This document shows positions 19,103 to 27,935 of a DNA stretch of 64,000 bases, one piece after another. Both the position numbers and the translations under genes were made by a program. Position 1 is the first letter of the stretch; each line of letters begins with the position of its first letter. The notes beneath the pieces were generated by a model. That model was given only the letters and a program-made list of their open reading frames with translations, had not been told where the DNA came from and ran no database searches. The stretch is from an uncultured Prevotella sp. (GTDB lineage: Bacteria; Bacteroidota; Bacteroidia; Bacteroidales; Bacteroidaceae), in the NCBI GenBank assembly GCA_946403845.1, contig CAMJBL010000004.1, forward strand, positions 26,170 through 90,169, in the 5' to 3' direction.

Positions 19103-20065
19103 TTTGTTTTTACTGATCAGCGCCCTGAGTGCTGGCAGCTGTCCCTTGGCAGCGGCCGTACCCGCCTGTATCATGCGGGCGGCATTTTTGTTGCCGAAAC
19201 TCGAGGCGTCGGCATCGGGCAGGTTAGGGTGGATATAGATATCCGCCTGTTTCACGTTCTCAAAGTATTTATCGATGTCAGGGCGGTTGGTAATCCACTC
19301 CAGGATGCCGCCAAAGCCGAACATGTTGGCGAGGCCGCTGAGCATGTTGAGGTCGGTTTTCTTGCGGGGCTTCTGCTCGTTCTGTTGCAGGTCAACGGCA
19401 ATCACGATGTCGGCACCCATCTGTCGGCAAACGTCCACGGGCAGGTTGTTCAGCATACCGCCGTCCACCAGCAGCCGTCCGTTATGCTCCACCGGCTTGA
19501 AGATGCCCGGTATCGACATCGAGGCCCGCAGCGCCTTGCAGAGAATCCCCTTCGACAGGATCACCTCCTTGGCTTCTCGGATATCGGCAGTCACGCAGCG
19601 GAAGGGAATCTTCAGGCTCTCAAAGTCCGTGCAGCCCTTTACCGAAGCCATCGAGTCGATCAGCTGCTCTATCCTACCTCCCGACATCACGCCGATGCCT
19701 CGGCTGTTGCGGTCCATCACGGGGAATCCGAAGATATAGGTCACGCCATCGATGGTGGTGTAAGGCTCGTTGTTCAGCGAGGCCTTGCGGTCGGTAAGCA
19801 GCGAGAGCCACTCCTGCGTCTGGAACATCGTCTCGAGTTCCGAGGCCGAATAGCCCGCGGCATAGAGCCCGCCCACAATAGAGCCGATCGAGGTGCCCAC
19901 GATATAGTCTACGTGTACGCCAGCCTCCTCGAGCACCTTCAGCACGCCCACCTCAGCAGCGCCCTTCGCACCGCCGCCTCCGAGGGCCAGCCCAATCTTC
20001 GGCCGCTGCGCCATCGCAGGGAGTACCAGCGTAGCAATCATCAATATGATCAATATCCTTTTCAT
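19100..20065 (-). CDS. Patatin-like phospholipase family protein
   Basis: GGGGAKG, GTSIG nucleophile and DGG motifs; signal peptide from MKRIL. Confidence 0.92.
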   Translation of the reverse strand: MKRILIILMIATLVLPAMAQRPKIGLALGGGGAKGAAEVGVLKVLEEAGVHVDYIVGTSIGSIVGGLYAAGYSASELETMFQTQEWLSLLTDRKASLNNEPYTTIDGVTYIFGFPVMDRNSRGIGVMSGGRIEQLIDSMASVKGCTDFESLKIPFRCVTADIREAKEVILSKGILCKALRASMSIPGIFKPVEHNGRLLVDGGMLNNLPVDVCRQMGADIVIAVDLQQNEQKPRKKTDLNMLSGLANMFGFGGILEWITNRPDIDKYFENVKQADIYIHPNLPDADASSFGNKNAARMIQAGTAAAKGQLPALRALISKNK

Positions 20066-20177
20066 CACCATTTCAATTTCCGCTGCAAAAATACTGCAAT
20101 TCAAACAAAATCCCAAATTTATTCAGTATTTTTAGCGAATATCAAGGGGGGATAACAAGCCTGTCCGGGCATAAATT

Positions 20178-20250
20178 TTGAGAATTTTGGGAAAAATGCC
20201 TAAAAAAAAATTGAGAATTTCGGGAAAAATAGCCAAATAAATTTTGAGGA
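20178..20250 (+). repeat. 33-bp-period direct repeats (TTGAGAATTTYGGGAAAAAT)
   Basis: Copies start at 20178, 20211 and (partial) 20244, upstream of TATCTTTG/TATTTG promoter boxes. Confidence 0.7.
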
Positions 20251-20357
20251 AATAGAAAAAAACATTATCTTTGCTCAAAATTTTGTATATTTGCATGCAG
20301 ATTCAGCAAACTATAAAAACGTTTCATAATAAAATACATAATCAAATTACAGAAACA

Positions 20358-20975
20358 ATGAAAAAGATCTTAGTAATGATAGTATCCGCCGTTCTTATTG
20401 GCGGCTTTACGCTGACATCATGCGATAAAAGCGATGAGGATGTGACTAATGAAGAGGCAAAGGCAAATGACAATGTCGCTGCCAAAGCAGAAGTGACTTA
20501 TTATGTGGACCTGGGAGCCAACACGCTCGAACTGGCTGACGTGGAAGTGACCTACCTCGATGAGAATATGCAGGAGAAGACTATTAAGATGACGCAGAAG
20601 CAATGGACGCTGAAGCGCACACTGGTCGCTTCTCAGCTGCCTGCAGACTTCTCGTTGAAGGTTAGTTTCGAACAGAAGTACGACGTAACACCTGAGGATG
20701 ACAAGGACTACGAGTTCGGTTGTGTTTCCAGAATCCCGTTCAAGGTCTACAATAGCAAGGGTGAAAAGATCTGTGACCACCCAGGAGCTGTTACCGTAAC
20801 TGATGCTAGCCATCCTAAGATGAAGGGTAATCAGATGTCTGGATGGTGGCTGACCTACGCTTTGGGCATCAATCCCGACAAACTATTGAATTTCGATAAG
20901 AAGACGCTGACCGTTAAGTCAGACCGCGCTGAATTCAACGACATGGATTATAAATATCCATATATCTCTGATTGA
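20358..20975 (+). CDS. Hypothetical lipoprotein
   Basis: MKKIL...LTSC lipobox followed by an acidic DKSDED export-like signal. Confidence 0.8.
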   Translation: MKKILVMIVSAVLIGGFTLTSCDKSDEDVTNEEAKANDNVAAKAEVTYYVDLGANTLELADVEVTYLDENMQEKTIKMTQKQWTLKRTLVASQLPADFSLKVSFEQKYDVTPEDDKDYEFGCVSRIPFKVYNSKGEKICDHPGAVTVTDASHPKMKGNQMSGWWLTYALGINPDKLLNFDKKTLTVKSDRAEFNDMDYKYPYISD

Positions 20976-21135
20976 CATTTTTGTAATTTTGTAGTCGGAA
21001 TTTTTATTGCGCGCAAGGCGGGATAGGAGTCTTGTGAGTTCAGTTACAAAAAGGGCTGGCACCCATCTTGGCGCCAGCCTGTTATTCACTATTCTTCAAG
21101 GTAATCTCTCACCTCTCACTTCTCACCTCTCACCT

Positions 21136-21246
21136 CTAAAACGGTCCATACCCCATGCAACTCGTGGTCGTGATGGCCGTCAGAAATGCCGTGAGCGCAG
21201 CTACTATCACCTTCACCGCAATCTCAACAATCCGCTTCTTCATCAT
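21136..21246 (-). CDS. Smalltalk-family small membrane peptide (36 aa, absent from the ORF track)
   Basis: MMKKRIVEIAVKVIVAALTAFLTAITTTSCMGYGPF*; AGAAGG upstream; lies downstream of the HU-like gene as is typical for the family. Confidence 0.85.
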   Translation of the reverse strand: MMKKRIVEIAVKVIVAALTAFLTAITTTSCMGYGPF

Positions 21247-21264
21247 ACACCTTCTTTTTTGTTC

Positions 21265-21380
21265 TCACACAGATCTCACTGATCTCACAGATTTTTTTAT
21301 TCCTCCGGAATGATAAGATCTCATTTTCCTCCCGCTTCCTTTAGGAAGCATATCTGTGAGATCTGTGAAGATCTGTGTGA
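21265..21380. repeat. Inverted arrays of the CACAGATCT 9-mer (REP-like)
   Basis: TCACACAGATCTCACTGATCTCACAGAT (21265-21292) and ATCTGTGAGATCTGTGAAGATCTGTGTGA (21352-21380); related palindrome at about 11624-11641. Confidence 0.8.
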
Positions 21381-21391
21381 CATTACTAATC

Positions 21392-22273
21392 CTAGATGGA
21401 GCTGTCGCCAGAGGCGCTGCCGGTGTTGATCACGAGGCTTGCGGCCTGTGCGGGCATCGCGAAGTTACCGGTGTACACTCCGTCGTTCTCCGTGAGCTCG
21501 ATGCTCGAGCCGTTCAGCGTAGCGCTGGGAGTCGTGCCCTCAGCAGGCGTGATGCTGATCTCCACCTCGTCGTCCTCATTCAGGCTTGCGCCCGAAGTTA
21601 CGGCGTTGCCGTCCTTGGTCACCTTGGCCGAACCACTACCCATCTTACTGATAGTCAGCGCATAGCCCTGCGCACCCTGCGAACCGCCCTGGTTCTCTGA
21701 GCCCTGACTCTGCGAGCCACCCTGGTTCTGGGAACCACCGCCACTTGGGTTATCATTACCACTGCCTCCGGATGGGCTAGGGGAGCTTCCGCCCTGAGCG
21801 GCAGCCTTGGCAGCAGCGATCTCAGCAGCCGCCTTGTCGGTCCAGCCCAGCTTGCCGTCCTTGTTCAGCTCCTCGCGGGTGTACTCGCCAGTGGCCTGTG
21901 CCAGCAGCTTCAGACTGTTCACGGCAGGACCGGTCTTGTCGTTCTTACCCAGCGAGCCGATGCTGGCGGTGATGGTCTTGTCGGTGTCGGCGTCGTACAG
22001 CTCCTTACAGCCGTTACCGATCACGCTCACCTTGAAGATGGCCAGGTTGTCCACCTTGACGGTGTTACCGTTCAGTGTCTGCTCACGCACGCACTTCACG
22101 AAGTCTCGCAGGATACCCTCGATGGTTCCCTCAGAGAACGGGGTGTTGTGCTCGGCCATATGCACGGCCATGTCGTGGATGTTCATCGTCTGCTTGTACG
22201 ATACACGAGGGTAGTACTTGCCATACGCCTCACTCGTGGTGTTCTTGTTCTGTGAAATGTAAAGTTCAATCAT
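21392..22273 (-). CDS. HU-like (Bacteroidota HU-HIG type) DNA-binding protein with G/S/Q linker and C-terminal Ig-like/InlB-B-repeat-like domain
   Basis: KYYPRV...MAEHNTPFSEGTIEGIL...LNGNTVKVDNLAIFKVSV; C-terminal YALTISKMGSGSAKVT...VYTGNFAMP beta domain. Confidence 0.82.
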   Translation of the reverse strand: MIELYISQNKNTTSEAYGKYYPRVSYKQTMNIHDMAVHMAEHNTPFSEGTIEGILRDFVKCVREQTLNGNTVKVDNLAIFKVSVIGNGCKELYDADTDKTITASIGSLGKNDKTGPAVNSLKLLAQATGEYTREELNKDGKLGWTDKAAAEIAAAKAAAQGGSSPSPSGGSGNDNPSGGGSQNQGGSQSQGSENQGGSQGAQGYALTISKMGSGSAKVTKDGNAVTSGASLNEDDEVEISITPAEGTTPSATLNGSSIELTENDGVYTGNFAMPAQAASLVINTGSASGDSSI

Positions 22274-22410
22274 AATTGTTTAATGGTTTTAATAGTTAAT
22301 AATTAGTTGATAGTTGAATCTTCGGTCAGTGTCATCGGTATCGGTCTCGACTCCTGGCGCCTTAGTAATCTCTCACCTCTCACTTCTCACCTCTCACCTC
22401 TGAATTCCAC

Positions 22411-22533
22411 TGCAAAGTTACTACTTGTGGAAGGCCTCTCATCGAGTTATGTCGAGTTTTATCGAGTTTTATCGAGTTGTTGGGCTCAAAAGCTGCAAAA
22501 ATTTGGTCATCTGCGAAAAAAATAGTAATTTTG
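22411..22533. promoter_or_regulatory. Divergent promoters (HU-like / DUF4248-like) with four 10-bp-phased TCGAGTT boxes
   Basis: Minus-strand TAACTTTG at 22413-22420, plus-strand TAATTTTG at 22526-22533, TCGAGTT at 22442, 22452, 22462 and 22472. Confidence 0.75.
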
Positions 22534-22578
22534 CAGTGTAAATCAAACATGTTTAACCCATTAAATTCTTTTCTATTT

Positions 22579-22791
22579 ATGTACAATCATTACGACCACC
22601 ATGCCACTAGTTTCAACCGTACTGCGCTTGCCCAGCGTTACTTTCCCTATCTCTTGCCCCTCTCTGCCTGGGCCAAGTTCCGCAGATGGCTGCTGACCAA
22701 TCCGCGCCTGAAGCCCATTCTCGCCTCCGGATCGCGCTCCTTCACGCCCGCGCAGGTTGCTTTAATATACAGTGAGATAGGAGAGCCTTGA
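22579..22791 (+). CDS. DUF4248-like small DNA-binding protein
   Basis: NRTALAQRYFP...AWAKFRRWL...RSFTPAQVALIYSEIGEP matches the family pattern; start moved to 22579. Confidence 0.82.
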   Translation: MYNHYDHHATSFNRTALAQRYFPYLLPLSAWAKFRRWLLTNPRLKPILASGSRSFTPAQVALIYSEIGEP

Positions 22792-22836
22792 ATAAGAGAC
22801 ACTTATTTTCTGATAATAGGAATTTTCTATACCATC

Positions 22837-22868
22837 AAGAGCCACTTGAAGAAATTCTGGTGGCTCTT
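22837..22868 (+). terminator. Hairpin terminator after the DUF4248-like gene
   Basis: AAGAGCCAC...GTGGCTCTT followed by ATTTT. Confidence 0.65.
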
Positions 22869-22897
22869 ATTTTATACCCTGAAAAAGTAGTCACGAC

Positions 22898-23085
22898 GCG
22901 GTAACGCGATAACACGATAACATTAAGTATTTTGCATTCCACACCCTCTTATTGATTTATATATATTATTATATATATTATAATATATATAATAATATAT
23001 ATAAATATACTTTATCAAAATCATTCCCCACCATAATTACAAACTCATTCAACCCAATGTTATCGCGTTATCGCGTTATCGCCTT
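22898..23085. other. Putative replication origin: 3x GCGATAAC-type iterons / perfect 52-bp A/T palindrome / 3x inverted iterons
   Basis: 22898-22924 GCGGTAACGCGATAACACGATAACATT; palindrome 22955-23006; 23056-23085 AATGTTATCGCGTTATCGCGTTATCGCCTT. Confidence 0.75.
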
Positions 23086-23147
23086 GTGAAAAACATAAAA
23101 ATGGGTGGCTTTTACACCACCCAATTATTAATGATAATTTTTTAATT

Positions 23148-23627
23148 TTAGAAGTCAATGACAATACCTGCTGAGAAAATGTACCAATCCCAAGTCACAC
23201 CATCTTTTTTACCGGTCTGATAAACAGCCTCAGCTTCGAGTTTCAGTTTGTCTGTTATATAGTACTCACAACCAGGACCAAAGTTGAAAGCAAGTGCTGA
23301 ATCAGAATAGTCATTAACCTTCCAACCTAGAAGACCAATACCACCAATAGGATAAACTGTAAACTTGTCACCAATGTGGAAAAGATAGTTAAAATTGAGG
23401 TTGGCATTCCAGTAGGAGATGTCATCCTTCTTTAGAAAGTATTTAGCACTAGCTTCACCACGGAGGTTGTCGATAAACTCATACTTTAACTTTGCACCAA
23501 TACCCAATTGGCTGTAATGGTCGTCAGTACCATAGTTGAGGTTTGCACCAACCCCCATCTTACCAGCCTGAGCAAATACACCAATGCTCATCAGCATCAT
23601 AACTGCGATCAAAAATAGTTTTCTCAT
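23148..23627 (-). CDS. Outer membrane beta-barrel (porin family) protein
   Basis: Signal peptide, 8-strand pattern, terminal Phe. Confidence 0.85.
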   Translation of the reverse strand: MRKLFLIAVMMLMSIGVFAQAGKMGVGANLNYGTDDHYSQLGIGAKLKYEFIDNLRGEASAKYFLKKDDISYWNANLNFNYLFHIGDKFTVYPIGGIGLLGWKVNDYSDSALAFNFGPGCEYYITDKLKLEAEAVYQTGKKDGVTWDWYIFSAGIVIDF

Positions 23628-23988
23628 AATGAATTGTTTTAAATGTTAATAATAAAATTGGTTAAAAACTCTTTTCGGTTGCAAATATACAAATAATTAT
23701 AGATAATAACAAATTTTATTGCTTTTTTTCTAAAAAAAATACATTTTCTGTAATAAACGATTCTGAGTTCAGAAGATATATTTGATCAATTCTTATTTAT
23801 AAAATAAGAGTCTTATATCGCTAAAAAGAGTAAAATACATATAAATATATCAGTTTTTCAGGTTTTATTACTTCTGTTTCAATTATTTTTTGTACCTTTG
23901 TACCATATTCTATAGACAATGGGCTTATTTACCCTATAGATCTAGAGTATACTTACTAAAAATATAACGTCAAATTGACATTACTAAG

Positions 23989-24720
23989 ATGAAATATATT
24001 CTCGTTACGGGAGCTTCTAGAGGCATTGGAAGAGCCATCTGTTTAAGATTGGTCTCAATGAATATGCCTATAATAATTAATTTTAATAGCAACCTATCTG
24101 CTGCAGGAGAGACAAAATCTCTTATCGAGGATTTAGGTGGTAAGGCAGAATTGTTACCATTTGATGTTTCAAATAGGTTGGAAGTTGAAAAAGCCATTCA
24201 AAGCTGGGAAGATTCTCACCCAGATGATTATATCTCTATTTTGGTTAACAATGCTGGTATCAGGCGTGATAATATCATGTTTATGATGTCTGACGAAGAC
24301 TGGCATCAGGTTTTAGATACAACGCTTGATGGATTCTTCTACTTAACACGTTGCTTATTAAAACATATGATGCCCCGTAAGCGAGGGGGGAGAATTATAA
24401 ATATTGCATCGTTGTCAGGAGTTAAGGGCTTGCCAGGCCAGGTTAATTACAGTGCTGCAAAAGCTGCCTTAATTGGAGCGACAAAGGCATTGGCTCAAGA
24501 AGTTGCTCCTCGCAATATAACAGTAAATGCGATTGCACCTGGATTTATAGAAACAGATATGACAAAGGATCTGCCTGAGGATGATCTGAAGAAGTTGATT
24601 CCTGTTAGCAGATTCGGGAAACCAGAAGAAGTCGCAGCATTGGTTGCTTTCTTAGCTTCTGATGATGCGTCTTATATCACAGGTGAAGTTATAAATATCA
24701 ATGGAGGTCTTTATACATAA
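23989..24720 (+). CDS. fabG: 3-oxoacyl-ACP reductase (cluster ketoreductase)
   Basis: TGASRGIG, NNAG, YSAAK and PGFIETDM motifs. Confidence 0.92.
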   Translation: MKYILVTGASRGIGRAICLRLVSMNMPIIINFNSNLSAAGETKSLIEDLGGKAELLPFDVSNRLEVEKAIQSWEDSHPDDYISILVNNAGIRRDNIMFMMSDEDWHQVLDTTLDGFFYLTRCLLKHMMPRKRGGRIINIASLSGVKGLPGQVNYSAAKAALIGATKALAQEVAPRNITVNAIAPGFIETDMTKDLPEDDLKKLIPVSRFGKPEEVAALVAFLASDDASYITGEVININGGLYT

Positions 24721-24731
24721 TTTTTTTGTAT

Positions 24732-25616
24732 ATGAAGTATTTTTTGTCGTTTTATTTTTTTATAGTTAGCACATTATTATATGCTCAAAGCTCACAAGTA
24801 AAGGTGACATTGAAAAATGATGTTGTCGTTGTTGGAGAATTGGTGGAGTTTGACCCATTAGATCATGTGACTTTCAAAGTTGCCGGTAAAGAAACTACCG
24901 TTCCGATGACAAACGTGAAATCTGTTGAAACAGATGGGCTAGTGAATAATGGGAATATAGTTTCAGTAGAAACAAATAAAAATGTCTTCCCGATAGGTCA
25001 AGTTGGGTATTATGAGATTACAGACAAGAAGGATTATCCAGATAGTTATTCCTTTACTATTGATGGCCAAACAATAAAAATGAAATTAGTTAGAGGTGGT
25101 TCTTTTAATATGGGATACGATGGAGATGGGAGTCTTGGAATGAAAAGTGAGCCAATACATCAAGTAAACATATCTTCCTATTATATTAGTGAAACTTGTA
25201 TCAATGAAAAAACAGCGAATTCTCTTTTAGGAAAAGAAAAATTTAAAGATAGATATTATGCTGGTATATGGAAGAATGCAAATCTGGTTGTAGAAAAAAT
25301 TGCGAATCAAGTCCAAAAACCATATAGGCTATTAACTGAAGCAGAATGGGAATATGCTTCATTGATGCCATTTGCCGATGATATATTTGGCGTAGATAAA
25401 TATGCTGAATGGTGTTCTGATTTTTTTGCTGAATATACACCATCTATTCAAACAAATCCTAAAGGTCCTGTTACGGGAAATAAACATGTAGTTCGTTCAT
25501 ATAGGATGGGAAAAAACAAATGGGATAGGAGACTAAGCCATCTAAGTGGGTTCACTGGGGATAATTTAACACAAGCTTTTTTTAGAGTTGCAATTAGTGC
25601 AGATGCTATTAAATAG
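24732..25616 (+). CDS. Secreted FGE-sulfatase/SUMF1-domain protein
   Basis: MKLVRGGSFNMG...EPIHQVNISSYYI...YRLLTEAEWEYA...EWCSD. Confidence 0.75.
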   Translation: MKYFLSFYFFIVSTLLYAQSSQVKVTLKNDVVVVGELVEFDPLDHVTFKVAGKETTVPMTNVKSVETDGLVNNGNIVSVETNKNVFPIGQVGYYEITDKKDYPDSYSFTIDGQTIKMKLVRGGSFNMGYDGDGSLGMKSEPIHQVNISSYYISETCINEKTANSLLGKEKFKDRYYAGIWKNANLVVEKIANQVQKPYRLLTEAEWEYASLMPFADDIFGVDKYAEWCSDFFAEYTPSIQTNPKGPVTGNKHVVRSYRMGKNKWDRRLSHLSGFTGDNLTQAFFRVAISADAIK

Positions 25617-25622
25617 ATTATA

Positions 25623-26846
25623 ATGACAAAACGTGTAGTAATAACAGGTATAGGCATTTGGTCTTGCTTAGGAACAGATATAGAAACGGTTAAACAATCT
25701 CTATTTGAGGGTAAATCTGGTATTGGTTTACAACCAGAACGTCTTGAATATGGATATCGCTCAGGGCTTACAGGAATTGTAGAAACGCCAGTTATAACGA
25801 AACAAATGCTTGACAGGCATACCCGCGCAGGAATGTCGGAAGAAGCCCAGTATGCTTATATGGCCAGTCGTCAGGCGTTTGATCAGGCTCTAATTAGTGA
25901 CGAGTATCTTCGTGAAAACGAGGTCGGTTGTATCTTCGGAAATGACTCTTCTGCCAAGCCAGTCATAGAATCTTCGAAGATTATGGATGAAAAGCATGAC
26001 TCGGCTATGCTGGGTTATGGCCTGATCTTTCAGTCAATGAACTCTACGGTGAATATGAACCTCAGCACCATTTTCCATCTGCGAGGTGTAAATTTCACGA
26101 TCAGTGCAGCCTGCGCCAGTGGCAGCCATAGTATTGGCTTGGGTTATATGCTGATCAACCAGGGACTTCAGGATATGGTGCTCTGTGGAGGTGCTCAGGA
26201 GACAAATTACTACTCAATGGCATCGTTTGATGCGCTTGGAGCTTTTTCCGTAAGAATGGACGAACCAACAAAAGCAAGTCGCCCGTTCGACAAAGATCGT
26301 GATGGTTTGATCCCTAGTGGTGGTGCAGCAGCTCTGGTTCTGGAGGATTATGAGCATGCCATTGCCCGTGGCGCCAATATTCTTGCAGAAGTGGTTGGAT
26401 ATGGATTCTCCAGTAACGGAGGAGGAATTTCTGAACCAAGTGACAATGGGAGTGTGATAGCCATGACAAGGGCAATAAAGGATGCAGGCATTGAGCTTGA
26501 TGATATTGATTATATCAATGCTCATGCAACATCCACGCTTCAGGGTGATATGTATGAGGCGATTGCTCTTGATAGAATGTTCAGGGGCCAAAGGGCTTTA
26601 ATCAGTTCTACTAAATCTATGACAGGTCACGAATGTTGGATGGCTGGTGCCAGCGAGATAGTTTATAGCATTATTATGATGCAGAACAATTTCGTGGCTC
26701 CAAATATCAACTTCGAGAATCCTGACGAATATTCTGAGAAGTTAAATCTTACAGCAAAGACCATAGAGACTGAGGTCAATACCGTACTCAGTAATTCTTT
26801 CGGCTTTGGTGGTACAAATAGTGCATTGGTAATAAAACATATATAA
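25623..26846 (+). CDS. Beta-ketoacyl-ACP synthase (FabB/FabF-like KS)
   Basis: SAACAS Cys, NAHATST and TGHECW His residues, SNSFGFGG. Confidence 0.93.
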   Translation: MTKRVVITGIGIWSCLGTDIETVKQSLFEGKSGIGLQPERLEYGYRSGLTGIVETPVITKQMLDRHTRAGMSEEAQYAYMASRQAFDQALISDEYLRENEVGCIFGNDSSAKPVIESSKIMDEKHDSAMLGYGLIFQSMNSTVNMNLSTIFHLRGVNFTISAACASGSHSIGLGYMLINQGLQDMVLCGGAQETNYYSMASFDALGAFSVRMDEPTKASRPFDKDRDGLIPSGGAAALVLEDYEHAIARGANILAEVVGYGFSSNGGGISEPSDNGSVIAMTRAIKDAGIELDDIDYINAHATSTLQGDMYEAIALDRMFRGQRALISSTKSMTGHECWMAGASEIVYSIIMMQNNFVAPNINFENPDEYSEKLNLTAKTIETEVNTVLSNSFGFGGTNSALVIKHI

Positions 26847-26852
26847 GAAAAT

Positions 26853-27401
26853 ATGAGAACGACAACGCTACTAATTCTTTTCCTATTTGCTGCTCTTTAT
26901 ACAACAGCTCAGAGTTTAGATAGAGATATCAATAATCTTGATGGATCAAGAATTCTGGTGACATCGGAAGAAGAATTTTATGATGACGAAACTGTTGGAA
27001 TGACCTATTTAATATCTTCAAATAAAAGGGATACTATAAGAATCATTAATATTACACTAGAAGACTGGGGAAAGATGGAAAAAGGTCGTTCGTTTTTTTT
27101 AAAGTTCAAGGATGGTAGCATCATGGAACTGAAAAACGAGATAGACCAAATAGCCCATCCTGTTTCTGGACATTTTGCAATGTTTGGACCAGCAATGTGC
27201 CTTCAGCCCCAATTCGTGGTAACTAATGAACAATTGGAACAGATAATCTCTAAAGAAGTTATAAAACTCCGTTTTGAACAAGGAGATGATTTGTTGGATA
27301 GAAAGATAAAGAAAAATATTATTTCACGTATAATTAAAAATTGTGTAGAAATACTGGAAGACTCGTCCAGTAAGCAAATTGATAAACTTAAAGGATTTTA
27401 A
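26853..27401 (+). CDS. Secreted hypothetical protein
   Basis: Signal peptide; tight operon spacing. Confidence 0.7.
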   Translation: MRTTTLLILFLFAALYTTAQSLDRDINNLDGSRILVTSEEEFYDDETVGMTYLISSNKRDTIRIINITLEDWGKMEKGRSFFLKFKDGSIMELKNEIDQIAHPVSGHFAMFGPAMCLQPQFVVTNEQLEQIISKEVIKLRFEQGDDLLDRKIKKNIISRIIKNCVEILEDSSSKQIDKLKGF

Positions 27402-27403
27402 TT

Positions 27404-27919
27404 ATGAATTTCAAACGTTTTATTACTTTATCGCTAATGCTGAGCTTCTTGATGGTGGTTCAAGCACAAGTTGTTACAAAGAACTCTCTATCTGTATTAA
27501 AGCCAGGTTCAAAGATCGGATTTGTCTGCGACTTCTCCGAAGCAGTTATCATGGGAATGGACGAAGAAGCTTTTAGTAAATATGAGGAAGACTGGACAAC
27601 GGACAAGCCAACTATAGTGGCAAACTTTATGAATGGCATTAATAATAGACTTGATGACATATTGGTCTTTGGTCAGCTCAAAGACACTCAATACACTTTA
27701 AAAATCTCAGTCAAGCTTGTCAACACAAAAGGATATATGCTCTGTGATGCAGTAATTGTTGATAATGCCGGAAAATCTATTTTTGAAGCCAAACAGGTAA
27801 ATGGTGGAAAGGAACCCCCATTCTTACCAGGAACAAAACTTGCCAAGATGAAGGCTTGGGCTTTGCTAACAGGCCGTGCATTAGGCGGTATTATTAAATC
27901 TGAGTATTTAAATCAATAA
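27404..27919 (+). CDS. Secreted hypothetical protein
   Basis: Signal peptide ending VQA; resembles the next ORF. Confidence 0.72.
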   Translation: MNFKRFITLSLMLSFLMVVQAQVVTKNSLSVLKPGSKIGFVCDFSEAVIMGMDEEAFSKYEEDWTTDKPTIVANFMNGINNRLDDILVFGQLKDTQYTLKISVKLVNTKGYMLCDAVIVDNAGKSIFEAKQVNGGKEPPFLPGTKLAKMKAWALLTGRALGGIIKSEYLNQ

Positions 27920-27935
27920 CTAAAATAAGAAGATT

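Noticed and set aside
1432..19739. Long antisense or alternative-frame ORFs (for example 1432..2784, 2789..4834, 6618..7955, 16944..18209, and others up to about 20.1 kb)
   Set aside because: Shadows of GC-rich genes with clear family motifs on the other strand or frame
21007..21700. ORFs 21007..21282(+) and 21356..21700(+)
   Set aside because: They overlap repeats and lie antisense to the smalltalk and HU-like genes
22955..23006. Hairpin telomere (protelomerase) site
   Set aside because: No TelN/ResT-like gene in the window, and the flanking iteron triplets fit an origin better; not formally excluded
24732..25616. Diversity-generating retroelement target (FGE/C-type lectin fold)
   Set aside because: No reverse transcriptase and no template repeat matching its 3' end was seen in the window
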